From NCBI GenBank assembly GCA_965223845.1, contig CBDCXR010000004.1:7776001-7840000 (forward strand): 64,000 bases of DNA. The letters run 5' to 3'. The notes below the pieces were generated by a model. The model saw only the letters and a program-made list of their open reading frames with translations. It was not told the DNA's origin and ran no database searches. How positions within the stretch are numbered: position 1 is the stretch's first letter; each line of letters begins with the position of its first letter. Shown here in pieces: positions 39,107 through 49,955 of this stretch. The position numbers and the translations under genes were made by a program. The stretch is from Planctomycetota bacterium (GTDB taxonomy: Bacteria; Planctomycetota; UBA8108; SXIK01).

Positions 39107-39886
39107 TTAGTCGGAGCGGCGGATGAGGTCGTCGTACGCCTTCTTCAGCTCGACGAACTTCGCGTGCGCGACGCGCTGAAACTCCTCGCCGCGGTGGAAC
39201 ACCTTGTCGGGATGGTATTGGCGTGCGAGGCGGTGGAACGCGGCGCGGATCTCCGCATCGGACGCGTCTGAGGCGATGCCGAGAATCTCGTAGGGCGAGG
39301 CTACGTGGCGGGGGCGCGTACGCCGACCCGCGCTGCGATCTCCGGCGCCGTCCTCCCGGTCGCCGGTCGCCGCACCGCTCCGCCGGTCGCTCGTCCGCGC
39401 TCGCTCTGCTCGGTCGTGCTCGGAGTCGCGCGACGCCCGTCCTCCGGCGGCGCCCGGTTCATCGCGGTCCGTCCGTCCCCTCGACGTCGGTGCCGTTCCT
39501 GCCTGAGTCCGCCCCCAAAACCGCCACCACGGCTTCGAGTAGCGGCGGTCGCCGTCGCGCTCGAAGGCGTAGCGCCGTCGATCTTCGTTGTCGCGCAGCC
39601 ACGCGGCCGCCGCCAAGAAGTCCTCTGGGCGCGTGTCGAGCCAGCTCGAAAAGAAGTACTCGACGACCGAGACCTGGAGATTGGGCGAGGCGAACCAGCG
39701 ACCGCGCTTCGTTTTCTCGCAGCGATTCTCTCGCCGACACGTCGGGCAAAGGAGGAGGCGATACGGCCCGCCGTCGCGCGCGCGACGACTGCGCAGGATC
39801 CCGTCCCGCGCGATCTGACCCGCGGCGAACTCTTGGTCGCAGAACCAGCAGCGCGCCGCAGACGGCGCCGGAGAATCGGTCGACAT
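39107..39886 (-). CDS. J-domain co-chaperone with N-terminal Cys4 zinc ribbon
   Basis: CWFC...CPTC; C-terminal PYEILG...[13 protein letters not shown]. Confidence 0.85.
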   Translation of the reverse strand: MSTDSPAPSAARCWFCDQEFAAGQIARDGILRSRRARDGGPYRLLLCPTCRRENRCEKTKRGRWFASPNLQVSVVEYFFSSWLDTRPEDFLAAAAWLRDNEDRRRYAFERDGDRRYSKPWWRFWGRTQAGTAPTSRGRTDRDEPGAAGGRASRDSEHDRAERARTSDRRSGAATGDREDGAGDRSAGRRTRPRHVASPYEILGIASDASDAEIRAAFHRLARQYHPDKVFHRGEEFQRVAHAKFVELKKAYDDLIRRSD

Positions 39887-39931
39887 GGATCGATCGGCTC
39901 GCGAGTCGGACCGCCGCCCCGCGGCGGACGC

Positions 39932-41029
39932 TCACGCGATGAGCATCGCGTCGCCGTAGCTGAAGAAGCGGAAGCGCCGCTCGATCGCCCGGGCGTAGGC
40001 GTGGAGCATGCGCTCGCGCCCCGCGAACGCACAGACGAGAACGAAGAGACTGCTCTGGGGGAGATGAAAGTTCGTGATGAGAGCATCGACCATCTCAAAA
40101 CGCATCCCAGGCTTCAAAAAAAGCTCGGTCCCGAAGCGGTACGCGCCCTCCTCGGGCTCGCCGCCGAAGCGAGCCCAGCTCTCGAGAGCTCGCGTCGTCG
40201 TCGTTCCGACGGCGATGACCCGTCGGCCCTCGGCGCGCGCGCGCACGATCGCCTCAGCGGTCGCGATGGGTATCGAGACCCGCTCGCGGTGGAGGGTCGA
40301 TGCCGCCAGCTTCGCGTCGGAGAGCGGCTCGAAGGTTCCGAGACCGACGTGGAGGACGAGGTTGCGCCGCTCGACGCCGCGGGCCGATAGGTCGTCGAGG
40401 AGCTCCGGGGTGAAGTGCAGTCCCGCCGTCGGAGCTGCCGAGGACCCGGACGACCGCGCGTAGATCGTCTGGTAGCGTTCAGCGTCGAGTGCCCGCCGGG
40501 CATCCTCCGCCGCGCGCTCGATATACGGCGGGAGCGGTACTTCGCCCGCGTGTTCGCACAGCCGAAACACCGCCGCCGCATCGAGAGCCGAACCGGAAGC
40601 GTCGCGGAACTCGACGTCGACCCGTCGTTCGCGCCGATCGAGCGGATGCGCCGTCGCCTCCGCTCGATCGATGGCGAGGACACTCCCGGCGGCGAAGGCT
40701 TTCGCGGGTCGGCCGAGCGCCGTCCACGTCGTCCCATCCGATGCGGGCTCGAGGAGGAGCAGCTCTCCGCGCCCGCCGCTTTCCCGCCGGAATCGGAGGC
40801 GGGCGGGAAAGACTCTCGTCTCGTTGAAGACGAGGAGGTCGCCGGGCCGGAGTCGCTCCGCGAGTGATCCGAAGCGGTCCGCTTCGACGGCAGGTTCCCC
40901 GCGGCGCGGTACCACGAGGAGACGCGAGTCTCCGCGTTCGGCCGGCGGCTCTTGGGCGATGAGCTCGGGAGGGAGAGCGAAATCGTATTCGGTGAGCGAA
41001 GTCTTCGGCGCGGGACGCGGCGAGTTCAT
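39932..41029 (-). CDS. queA: S-adenosylmethionine:tRNA ribosyltransferase-isomerase
   Basis: YDFALPPELIAQEP, PLPPYI, YQTIYA, AAPTAGLHF, AVGTT, TNFHLP, FSYGDAM. Confidence 0.97.
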   Translation of the reverse strand: MNSPRPAPKTSLTEYDFALPPELIAQEPPAERGDSRLLVVPRRGEPAVEADRFGSLAERLRPGDLLVFNETRVFPARLRFRRESGGRGELLLLEPASDGTTWTALGRPAKAFAAGSVLAIDRAEATAHPLDRRERRVDVEFRDASGSALDAAAVFRLCEHAGEVPLPPYIERAAEDARRALDAERYQTIYARSSGSSAAPTAGLHFTPELLDDLSARGVERRNLVLHVGLGTFEPLSDAKLAASTLHRERVSIPIATAEAIVRARAEGRRVIAVGTTTTRALESWARFGGEPEEGAYRFGTELFLKPGMRFEMVDALITNFHLPQSSLFVLVCAFAGRERMLHAYARAIERRFRFFSYGDAMLIA

Positions 41030-42618
41030 CCTCTCGCGCCTCCGCGAGCGTCGGTGTCCTCCGCGCCGGTGCCGGGAAGCGGATCCGGCAGCGTTTCGAT
41101 CTCGAGTCGGGGCAGCCAGGCCGCGACCGCCGCGAACCACGGGCCGGGAGAGTCGAGCGAGGACGAGAAGACGGGAATTCGGCGCGCATCGGGCCGCGGA
41201 TCGGCCAGGGTGGCGTCGAGGGGGCGCCAGCGATCGACGTGCACCTCCGTCCAGAGGTGTCCGTGGAATGCATCCTCGTGCGCGACGAGGCCGGCGACGA
41301 CGCGCGAGGGGATTCCGATCGCGCGACAGAGCGCCGCGAGGAGAAGTGCGTGCTCGGTGCAATCGCCGGCGCGGTTCACGAACGCTTCCTTCGCTGAGCC
41401 GAACGCGAGCGCGCTCGGATCGAGATCGAGATACCCCCGGACCCATTCCGCGAGTCGGAGCGCGCGTTTCCAATCCGAGGCCAGTTCCGCCGTCAGTGCG
41501 GTGGCGCGGCGAACGATCGCGGGATCGTTCGCTTCGAGATGCGCGGTCGGCGAGAGGTAGGCGATCGATTCCGCGTCCGACAGTCGGCGCGATTCGGCGG
41601 TGTTCGCGTCGGCGACCACGCGAATCCGTACCACGCGATCGCGGAGTTCGTGTTCCGGGACGGGGCGGAGCACCGTGACGCAGGCCGCATCGAAGAGCCC
41701 CTTCGCGTCCGGGAGCATCCCGCGGGGAAGGCGGACGCGGTATTCCGCGCGGTCGCGCGATCGCGGGACACCTCCGACGGGTTTCACGACGGCGATTTCG
41801 ATCGGCGGCGGGGGCGATCGCGCGGCCTGGAGAGCGGCGCGCCGCGTCGACGTGTTCGAATCGAGCTGGCCGCCGAGGAGTGCGACCCTCGAGGCGATGG
41901 GGCGAAACCCGCGGTCGACACTTCGCTCGACGGTTACGCCCGCAGTGGTGACGCGAAGGCGGAATCCCTGCTCGTCGACCGCGATGATCTCGACCAGCTC
42001 GGTCACCGCGATTCCGCTCCCGGGACGGAGGACGGTGATCGAGACAGAATCGCCGGCGTTCCTGAGCGCATCCGTGAGGACGCGGCGCGCCCCGATGGGA
42101 CCGAGCGTCGCGGGAGGAAGGATCGATTCGCTCCGGCGATCTTGCGGGAGTGTGCGTTCAACCCGAATGCCGTCGCCGGCCCGGTAGCCGGAGATCTCCT
42201 CCGTGCGTCCATTCGCGACTCGCCGTGATGAGAACGCCGCGATCTCCCCGTTCGCGTCTTCGTCGGTCGTCGTCGCAGTGACCAGCGTGAGTGCTCGCCC
42301 GTCGCGGCGCCACGCGAGTCGCTGCGTAAACTCGCTGCGGTAGCCTCCACCCGCTCGCCGGTTTGCGCGGAAGCGGGAGTAGCCGATCGTTCGCGCCGAG
42401 GCTTCCGCAGAGGCGCGGTAGGAAAGAATCCGCCACTCGTCGATCTCGGCCGAACGTCGCCGGTTCGATGGCGAGGCGGGGTTCGGGTCGAGCTTCGCCT
42501 CCGGAGGGGACACCGATGACGCACAGCTTCCGCTCACCGTCACGGCGACCACAGCGCTCACCGTCCGCAAGCTTCGGCGAAGAGCGCCCTCGCGATTCAG
42601 CGGCGATGGCGCTTCCAT
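41026..42618 (-). CDS. transglutaminase-like domain (lipo)protein
   Basis: GDCTEHA..LAALCRAIGIPSR, HLWTEV, WRPLDAT (Cys-His-Asp triad); N-terminal hydrophobic segment ending VSGSC. Confidence 0.85.
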   Translation of the reverse strand: MEAPSPLNREGALRRSLRTVSAVVAVTVSGSCASSVSPPEAKLDPNPASPSNRRRSAEIDEWRILSYRASAEASARTIGYSRFRANRRAGGGYRSEFTQRLAWRRDGRALTLVTATTTDEDANGEIAAFSSRRVANGRTEEISGYRAGDGIRVERTLPQDRRSESILPPATLGPIGARRVLTDALRNAGDSVSITVLRPGSGIAVTELVEIIAVDEQGFRLRVTTAGVTVERSVDRGFRPIASRVALLGGQLDSNTSTRRAALQAARSPPPPIEIAVVKPVGGVPRSRDRAEYRVRLPRGMLPDAKGLFDAACVTVLRPVPEHELRDRVVRIRVVADANTAESRRLSDAESIAYLSPTAHLEANDPAIVRRATALTAELASDWKRALRLAEWVRGYLDLDPSALAFGSAKEAFVNRAGDCTEHALLLAALCRAIGIPSRVVAGLVAHEDAFHGHLWTEVHVDRWRPLDATLADPRPDARRIPVFSSSLDSPGPWFAAVAAWLPRLEIETLPDPLPGTGAEDTDARGGARG

Positions 42619-42631
42619 TTCGGGCCCTCGT

Positions 42632-43552
42632 TCAGCACGGGTGTGGCTGGACGAGGCGGCCATCGATCGTCACGCTCCGGAGCCCCACGTGTACACAGAA
42701 GAGTCTCACCGCGAAGATGAGGTCGCTGCGGGTGAGCTCCTTCCGATCGATCGCGAGCTCTACGCAGCCGTTCTCGTCCACGTAGAACTCGAAGCCCGGC
42801 TCGCCGGCGACGACCTCCGGGGCGGTCCTTCGCAGGCGGTGCGCTCGATCGTTCTCGACGTGGTAGTAGAACGGATCGACTGCACTCAGTGCGCCTTCGC
42901 CTGACCATCGGCGCGCGAGGTGCGGAAGCTCACGGCGGAAGAATTCGCGGGTGAAGACCGACATCGGAACGAATGGAAGTTCGTCGGAACCGTCGGTGCG
43001 ACGCGAGACGAGACCGACGTCGATCCACTGACGCAGCGGCGCGGGCGGAAGAACGCTCGGCGCGAAGTGACGCCGCGGATCGCTCACGGCGCGGAGGCGG
43101 AGGGGGGCGCTCAGTCGGAGCGCCTCGGCGAGATGGCGTCTCGGCGAGATGGCGCGACCCTCGGCGAGGCGGTCGGAGAGACTGCGGAGATACTCGCGGG
43201 CCTGCGGTGAGAGCTCGGAGTCCCCGGGCAGCACGGAGAGGAAGGTTGCCACGAGCCGCGCCGAAGCGGCGGTTTCGCCAGAGCCGGAGACTCGCAGCGA
43301 TACCGGGAGAGCGCGGTCGGCGAGCTCCGAGACTCCGCGGAGCCAGTGGATGAGCGACCCGCGCGAGCGGTGTGCGCTCAGATACTCGTCGATCGACCGC
43401 GCGACCGCGCGGAGACCCACGGCGCCGCGGTCGTCGGCGTCCCGCCGGTTCGTCCGGGGACTCTCCTCGCCCATGTGACGTCTCCTCTTCTTCGGTCCTC
43501 TTCCGCGGACTTCCTTCTCTGGGTCCTCGTCGTCGGCCCGTTTCGACGTCAC
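42632..43552 (-). CDS. hypothetical protein (start uncertain)
   Basis: Long ORF, same strand as and abutting the downstream gene, with a globular-looking C-terminus; no family recognised. Confidence 0.6.
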   Translation of the reverse strand: MTSKRADDEDPEKEVRGRGPKKRRRHMGEESPRTNRRDADDRGAVGLRAVARSIDEYLSAHRSRGSLIHWLRGVSELADRALPVSLRVSGSGETAASARLVATFLSVLPGDSELSPQAREYLRSLSDRLAEGRAISPRRHLAEALRLSAPLRLRAVSDPRRHFAPSVLPPAPLRQWIDVGLVSRRTDGSDELPFVPMSVFTREFFRRELPHLARRWSGEGALSAVDPFYYHVENDRAHRLRRTAPEVVAGEPGFEFYVDENGCVELAIDRKELTRSDLIFAVRLFCVHVGLRSVTIDGRLVQPHPC

Positions 43553-43865
43553 CGTCTCGCTCGGTCGCGGCGCGCGCAGCCGGCGGCTCGCGCGATCGCG
43601 CTACGTATGGCGGACCCCAACCCTGGTCGCGTCACATTGTAGGAGGGGGCGAGAGTCGACCCACGGAAAAAAAGTGGCCGCGACGAAGTGTCCCGCGCGC
43701 CTCAGAAGCGTGGATTCACACGCTAGCGCGTGCGAGCGCGAAATCGCTTGAGTTCGGTTCGGACGGGGAATATCGTCGGGCGGTTTCTCGCGCGCCGGCG
43801 CTGGACTCGCGGCCGCGACGGGCGGAGACGATACGCCGCCGCGGGGCCCGGAGAACGATCTTCAG

Positions 43866-45143
43866 ATGCTCGATCCCAAACGCATTCGTCAGGATCCCGA
43901 TGCGATCAAGGCGGGCGCACGAAAAAAACGCATCGACGCCGACGGGCTCGTCGATCAGTTTCTCGGGCTCGACGACGAACGGCGAGCGATCGTCCGCGAA
44001 CGCGACGAGCTGAAGGCGGAGCAGAATCGCGTCGGGAAGGAAATCGCGAAGCTCTCGGGTCCCGAGAAGGCAGAGCGCGGACGCGAAATGAAAGAGATCT
44101 CCGCTCGGCGGAAGACACTCGACTCGCGTCTCGCGGAGATCGAGACGGGCCTCCACGACGTTCTGCTTCAGATTCCGAATGTTCCCGACGCGGACGTTCC
44201 GGAGGGTGCTGACGAGGCGGAGAACGTCGAGCTGCGTACGGTCGGCGAGCCGCCGGCGTTCGACTTCGAACCAAAGGACCACCTCACGCTCGGAGAAGAG
44301 CTCGACCTCATCGACATGACGCGCGCCGCGAAGCTCTCGGGCTCGCGCATGTACATCCTCAAGAACGATGCGGCGCTCCTCGAGCTCGCGGTGCTTCAGT
44401 TCACGCTCGACTCGCTCGTCAAGAAGGGCTTCTCTCCGATGATCGTGCCGACTCTCGTTCGGCCGGAAGCGCTCATCGGTACGGCGTACTTTCCCGGGGG
44501 CGAGGACCAAGCGTACAAGTGCGCGCAGGACGATCTCTACCTGATCGGCACTTCGGAAGTGCCGGTCACGTCCTACCACTCGGGCGAGATCCTCGAAGAG
44601 GACGCTCTCCCACGGCTCTATGCCGGGTACTCGACGTGCTACCGCCGGGAAGCCGGAGCGGCCGGACGCGACACGAAGGGGCTCTATCGGATTCACCAGT
44701 TCAGCAAGGTCGAGCAGGTGGTCGTCTGCCGGAACGACGAGGAGGAGTCGCGCCGCTTCCACGAGTTCATCCTCACGAACGCCGAGGAAGTGCTCCAGGC
44801 GCTCGAGCTCCCGTACCGCGTCGTCAACGTCTGCGGCGGTGACCTCGGCGTGCCGCAGATTCAGAAGTACGACATCGAGACGTGGATGCCCTCGCGCGGC
44901 GGATACGGCGAAACCCACAGCGCCTCTCGGTTCTACGACTACCAGGCGCGCCGGCTGAGTCTCCGCTATCGCGGCGCCGACGGCAAACTCCGCTTCTGTC
45001 ACACGCTCAACAACACCGCGATCGCGAGCCCGCGCGTCCTGATCGCCTTGCTCGAAAACCACCAGCTCGCGGACGGGACGGTGCGCATCCCAGAGGTGCT
45101 CCGTCCGTACTTCGGAGGGCGGGAGCGCATCGTTCCGAGGTGA
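43866..45143 (+). CDS. serS: serine--tRNA ligase
   Basis: MLDPKRIR, LIGTSEVP, CYRREAG, RIHQFSKVE, HTLNNTA. Confidence 0.97.
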   Translation: MLDPKRIRQDPDAIKAGARKKRIDADGLVDQFLGLDDERRAIVRERDELKAEQNRVGKEIAKLSGPEKAERGREMKEISARRKTLDSRLAEIETGLHDVLLQIPNVPDADVPEGADEAENVELRTVGEPPAFDFEPKDHLTLGEELDLIDMTRAAKLSGSRMYILKNDAALLELAVLQFTLDSLVKKGFSPMIVPTLVRPEALIGTAYFPGGEDQAYKCAQDDLYLIGTSEVPVTSYHSGEILEEDALPRLYAGYSTCYRREAGAAGRDTKGLYRIHQFSKVEQVVVCRNDEEESRRFHEFILTNAEEVLQALELPYRVVNVCGGDLGVPQIQKYDIETWMPSRGGYGETHSASRFYDYQARRLSLRYRGADGKLRFCHTLNNTAIASPRVLIALLENHQLADGTVRIPEVLRPYFGGRERIVPR

Positions 45144-45346
45144 TCCGCGACGGCGAAATCCAGCCCGTCATGACGCGCCGCCGCGCGGCTCGTCCGCGGG
45201 CGCCGCAAAGCCCCCGTCCGGGTGGAAAAGCGGGGGGACGCATACCATAATGGCGCACTTGTGTCGCTGCCGCCCCCGTCGCAAGAGTACGCGAGCGCTC
45301 GTTCGCCGCGGTTGTCGATAGTTCCGCTCAGTGAAAGGAGTTCCCT

Positions 45347-46513
45347 GTGGTCCTGCCGGTGGCAAAGATCGCGCTCGAAGACGGCACCGTCCTCACGGGA
45401 CGGTCGATCGGCGCGGACGGCGAGTCCGTCGGCGAGGTCGTCTTCAACACCTCGCTGACCGGTTACCAAGAGATCTTCACCGACCCGTCGTACAACGGGC
45501 AGACCGTAGTGATGACGAATCCGCTCATCGGGAACTACGGAATCAATCCCGACGACGAGGAGTCGTTTCGCCCGTTCGTCCGCGGGGTGGTCGTCAAGGA
45601 ACTGAGTCGACGGCCGTCGAACTTCCGTTCCCACGGCTCGCTCTCGGGCTACCTGCAGAAATTCGGGATCGTCGGCATTTCCGGCGTCGACACGCGAGCG
45701 ATCACCCGCCGCGTTCGCGTGTCGGGGTCGCTGCGCGGAATCATCGTGACCGGAGACGCCGCCGCTCGTTCGGACTCCGAGCTCGTCGATCGCGCGAAGG
45801 CCTGGTCAGGGCTCGACGGCGCCGACATGGTCGCTGATGTGACGTGCGGGCGCATCGAAGAGTGGACGCGCGGATTCAGCTCGCCGTTTTCGAACTGTTT
45901 CCGCTCGAATCGTGCCGACGCGGGGATGGGGAGCGGGCTCAAGGTGGCCGCGTTCGACTTCGGGATCAAACACAACATACTCCGGATCCTTTACGACATG
46001 GGATTCGAGATCCATGTCTTTCCCGCGAGTGCGACCGCGGACGAAGTGCGCGCGATCCAGCCCGACGGTCTCTTCCTCTCGAACGGACCCGGTGATCCCC
46101 TCGGTCTCCCGTACGCCATCGACACCGTTCGCTCGCTCGTTGGAGAGCTGCCGACCTTCGGCATCTGCCTCGGGCACCAGCTCACCGCGCTCGCGCTCGG
46201 CGCGTCGTCGTACAAGCTCAAGTTCGGGCATCACGGCGGGAACCATCCCGTCAAGAATCTCGTGACCGGCAAGGTCGAGATCTCGGTGCAGAATCACTGC
46301 TACGCCATCGACGAGAACACTCTCCCGGCGGGCGTCGAGCCGTACTTCGTGAATCTCAACGACCAGTCGCTCGAGGGGCTCAAGCACGCCGAGCTCCCGC
46401 TCTTTACGGTGCAGTTTCATCCCGAGGCGGCGCCCGGTCCCAACGACTATACGTTTCTGTTCGATCAATTCGCCGCTATGGTCCGCAGTCGCCAGCCGCT
46501 CGAGGCGTGCTGA
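45347..46513 (+). CDS. carA: carbamoyl-phosphate synthase small subunit
   Basis: GEVVFNTSLTGYQE, LSNGPGDP, GICLGHQ, QFHPEA. Confidence 0.97.
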   Translation: MVLPVAKIALEDGTVLTGRSIGADGESVGEVVFNTSLTGYQEIFTDPSYNGQTVVMTNPLIGNYGINPDDEESFRPFVRGVVVKELSRRPSNFRSHGSLSGYLQKFGIVGISGVDTRAITRRVRVSGSLRGIIVTGDAAARSDSELVDRAKAWSGLDGADMVADVTCGRIEEWTRGFSSPFSNCFRSNRADAGMGSGLKVAAFDFGIKHNILRILYDMGFEIHVFPASATADEVRAIQPDGLFLSNGPGDPLGLPYAIDTVRSLVGELPTFGICLGHQLTALALGASSYKLKFGHHGGNHPVKNLVTGKVEISVQNHCYAIDENTLPAGVEPYFVNLNDQSLEGLKHAELPLFTVQFHPEAAPGPNDYTFLFDQFAAMVRSRQPLEAC

Positions 46514-46603
46514 AACGGGCGGAGACCCGGCGCGGCGACCGCGTTTCGCGGTGAGGAACGCGCGCGGGCAGCCGCGGATCGTGTGGCAGAAGGATGCTTC
46601 GTG

Positions 46604-47914
46604 ATGGCCGATGTCGCCCGGCACTACTGCGTGGTCGGAATCCAGTGGGGGGACGAGGGGAAAGGGAAGATCGTCGACGCGCTGATGGGCGAGTTCGACG
46701 TCGTCGTCCGCTACCAAGGCGGAGCGAACGCGGGGCACACGGTCAAAATCGGGGACGCCGAGTACGTTTTTCATCTGATCCCGTCGGGAATCCTGCAGGA
46801 CGGGAAGATCTGTGCGATCGGGAACGGCGTCGTCGTCGATCCCCGCGCGTTGATCGAGGAACTCGACGGGCTCATCGCGAGCGGATTCGACCGCGAGAGC
46901 AGTCTCTGGGTGAGCGAGCGAGCGCACGTCGTGCTGCCGTACCATCGCGCGCTCGACGCCGCGCGCGAGTCGGCATCGCGGAACGGGAAGATCGGAACGA
47001 CCCTGCGCGGAATCGGACCCTGCTACACGGACAAAGCTTCACGGCAGGGGCTGCGGATGCTCGACCTCGTCGATCCCGATCGATTGCGTCCGCTTCTCCG
47101 CGCTCGGATCGAGGAAAAGAACGTCGAGCTCGTCAAACTCTACGGCGCGGATCCCATCCCGGTCGAATCGAGCATCGAAGACTACGTCGAGTACGGCGAG
47201 CGACTGCGGCCGCTCGTGCGCGATCTGACGGCGGCGCTCTGGGAGCGGGACCGGCGCGGCGAGCGAATCCTCTTCGAGGGGGCGCAGGGTCTCTTGCTCG
47301 ATCTCGACCTCGGAACGTATCCCTACGTGACGTCGTCGAACACGTCGTTCCTCGGGCTCGGCCCGGGCTCCGGCTTTTCTCCGCGACGCGTGGAGACCGT
47401 GCTCGGGATCGTCAAGGCGTACTGCACGCGCGTCGGCGAAGGCCCGTTCCCGACGGAAGACGACGGCGAGGGCGGGGATCGCCTCCGCCGGACCGGCGGC
47501 GAGTTCGGAGCGACCACGGGACGACCGCGTCGCTGTGGCTGGCTCGATATCCCGGCCGTGAACTACGCGATAGAGGTCGGTGACGTCGACGCGCTCGTCG
47601 TGACGAAGCTCGATGTGCTCGATGCGCTCGAAGAGATCCCGGTCGCGGTTGCGTATGAACGCGACGGCGAGCGGTTCGACCGATTTCCGACGGACGTGGC
47701 CGGCGTGACGCCGGTCTACGAGACCCTTCCGGGATGGTGCGCGTCGACTGAAGGATGTCGCCATCCCCGCGACCTTCCGCCGCGCGCGAAAGACTATCTG
47801 CAGTTTCTTGCCGACCGCACCGGACGACCCGTCGCGATGGCTTCGGTGGGGCAAGAGCGGAACGCGCTGCTTCGATTCGACCCGTGGCTCGCGCCGCGAG
47901 TGATGTCCCGATGA
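46604..47914 (+). CDS. purA: adenylosuccinate synthetase
   Basis: QWGDEGKGK, GGANAGHT, FEGAQG, EFGATTGRPRRCGW. Confidence 0.97.
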   Translation: MADVARHYCVVGIQWGDEGKGKIVDALMGEFDVVVRYQGGANAGHTVKIGDAEYVFHLIPSGILQDGKICAIGNGVVVDPRALIEELDGLIASGFDRESSLWVSERAHVVLPYHRALDAARESASRNGKIGTTLRGIGPCYTDKASRQGLRMLDLVDPDRLRPLLRARIEEKNVELVKLYGADPIPVESSIEDYVEYGERLRPLVRDLTAALWERDRRGERILFEGAQGLLLDLDLGTYPYVTSSNTSFLGLGPGSGFSPRRVETVLGIVKAYCTRVGEGPFPTEDDGEGGDRLRRTGGEFGATTGRPRRCGWLDIPAVNYAIEVGDVDALVVTKLDVLDALEEIPVAVAYERDGERFDRFPTDVAGVTPVYETLPGWCASTEGCRHPRDLPPRAKDYLQFLADRTGRPVAMASVGQERNALLRFDPWLAPRVMSR

Positions 47915-48708
47915 TCGACCGATCGGATGATCGCCACGGCGACGCGGAACCGTCGCGAGTGCTCGACGGTGTCGCGCCGAACGATCTTCCGCGTCACGTC
48001 GCCCTCATTATGGACGGCAACGGCCGCTGGGCGCGTCGCCGTGGACTCCTGCGCGTCGTCGGCCACGAGAGCGGCGCCGAGTCGCTCCGTCGCATCACGC
48101 GTCGCAGTCGCGCGCTCGGCATCAGCGAGCTGACGTTCTATGCGCTGTCGACGGAGAACTACACCCGGCGGCCGCGCGCGGAGGTCGAGTTTCTCATGGG
48201 GCTCCTCCGCCGCTATCTCATCGACGAGCGCGACGAGCTCATGACGAACGATATTCGTCTCCGCTCGATCGGCTCCGTCGAGGATCTCCCGGATTCCGTC
48301 GTCGCCGAACTTCGCACGACGGAGAAGCTCACCGCCGAGAATCGCTCGATGCGCCTTCGGCTCGCACTCAACTACGGCGGCCGACAAGAGATCATCGCGG
48401 CTGTGAATTCCTGGCTGCGCTCGCGAGATGCTGGTTCCCGCATCGGATTCGACGAGGACGCTCTCCGCGCGAACTTTTACGATCCGGAGATGTCGGACCC
48501 CGATCTCTTGATTCGGACGGCCGGAGAGTACCGGCTCTCGAACTTTCTTCTCTGGCAATGCTCCTACAGCGAGCTGTGGGTGACTGAGACCCTGTGGCCG
48601 GACTTCGGCGTCGAAGAGTTCGACGCGGCGCTGCGGGATTTCGCCCGTCGCGAACGCAAGTACGGAGCCGTCGGAAACGAGCCCGAGCGCGGCTCGGCTC
48701 GGCGGTGA
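47911..48708 (+). CDS. uppS: undecaprenyl diphosphate synthase
   Basis: HVALIMDGNGRW, STEN, NYGGR, RTAGEYRLSNFLLWQ. Confidence 0.96.
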   Translation: MIDRSDDRHGDAEPSRVLDGVAPNDLPRHVALIMDGNGRWARRRGLLRVVGHESGAESLRRITRRSRALGISELTFYALSTENYTRRPRAEVEFLMGLLRRYLIDERDELMTNDIRLRSIGSVEDLPDSVVAELRTTEKLTAENRSMRLRLALNYGGRQEIIAAVNSWLRSRDAGSRIGFDEDALRANFYDPEMSDPDLLIRTAGEYRLSNFLLWQCSYSELWVTETLWPDFGVEEFDAALRDFARRERKYGAVGNEPERGSARR

Positions 48709-48806
48709 GGCTACGGCGACGGATCGAAAGCTCGTCGGCGGGAGGTTGAGCCCATCTTGTCCGCGAGAGAATCGAACTCGAGCTCAGAGCTCAGAAAGTC
48801 GAACCG

Positions 48807-49634
48807 GTGAAGATTCGCATCCTCCTCGGCGCGGTGATGATCGCCGTCATCGTTCTCCTCTTCTGGCTCGATCACCACTTCGATTCGCGCGCGTTCGTGG
48901 GCAGCGTCGTTTGTCTCGTCGGCGTCGCGGGATGGTGGGAATTCTCGCGCATGAGTGGGGTCGCTGCGAACGGGGGGCGCGCACTGTCCGCGGTGGGCTT
49001 TGTCGCGACCGCGTGGTTTCTCGCGTTCGCGTGGCTCGACTCCGCGCGCACGGACCTTCCGGCGGCGCTCTCCGTCCTCGGCTTCGCCGCTCTCGTCTTC
49101 GGGGCGTTCGTATCGGTGCTCTTTCGGGGCGACTTTCGCACGAGCCTTCACGCGGTGCTCGCGACCATCGCCGGCGCACTTCTCTTCGGCTTCCTCTTCT
49201 CCCACGTTCTGAGAATCTATTTCCTCCCGCGCGGTTTATTGCTCGGCGTGGTGTTTCTTTTCGGAGCGAAGGGGAATGACATCATCGCTTATTTTTCGGG
49301 CCGCGCGTTCGGCCGGCGCCGTTTTCTCAAAGTGAGTCCGGGGAAGACTTTGGAAGGTTGCTCCGGCGCTGTCGTGTTCAGTGTGGTGTGGTTCGTGGCG
49401 GCGGGTCAGCTCTGGCCGGAACTCTTTTTTCGTTGGCCGCAATCGATTGTCTTGGGGATAATTTTTTCGGTGGCAACGCAAGTGGGTGACCTCGCTGAAT
49501 CGCTGCTGAAACGCGCCTACGAAGTGAAGGATTCAGCGGCTTTGCTGCCGGAGTTCGGCGGAGTGCTGGACTTGATCGACAGCACGCTCTTCAGTGGGTT
49601 TCTCTTCTGGTTCGTGTTCGCCCTCACGCAGTGA
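48807..49634 (+). CDS. cdsA: phosphatidate cytidylyltransferase
   Basis: Multi-TM; DIIAYF.GR, SPGKTLEG, GDLAES..KR...KDS...GGVLD..DS. Confidence 0.95.
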   Translation: MKIRILLGAVMIAVIVLLFWLDHHFDSRAFVGSVVCLVGVAGWWEFSRMSGVAANGGRALSAVGFVATAWFLAFAWLDSARTDLPAALSVLGFAALVFGAFVSVLFRGDFRTSLHAVLATIAGALLFGFLFSHVLRIYFLPRGLLLGVVFLFGAKGNDIIAYFSGRAFGRRRFLKVSPGKTLEGCSGAVVFSVVWFVAAGQLWPELFFRWPQSIVLGIIFSVATQVGDLAESLLKRAYEVKDSAALLPEFGGVLDLIDSTLFSGFLFWFVFALTQ

Positions 49635-49955
49635 CGACGATTTCATCGCTTTCGACCGCGAGACGAGCTCGATCGCAGCCGAGGGAGCAGGCTTTGCCGC
49701 GCCCTCGCGAAGCGCGACGTTCCCGTGAGCCGATCGAGGGGCGCCGAGGAGAGAACTCCATGCAGCCGCTAAGGAGCTTCGGTTGAGGAGCATGTCGCTC
49801 GCGAATCGGCGGCGCACCGCGTCTCGAGCCGCGCGGGTCGGTCATCCCCGGTCGCGCCGCGACCGGGGCCGGACGCCCGGGATCGCGTGCCGACCGGTAA
49901 CGGTGCCCGGCGCGCTGGCGCGTGCTCCCGTTCTTTTCCCGTGGATCGATTGTCT

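Noticed and set aside
49200-49634. Local drop in GC within cdsA
   Set aside because: Explained by Phe/Leu/Val-rich transmembrane coding; no sign of horizontal transfer.
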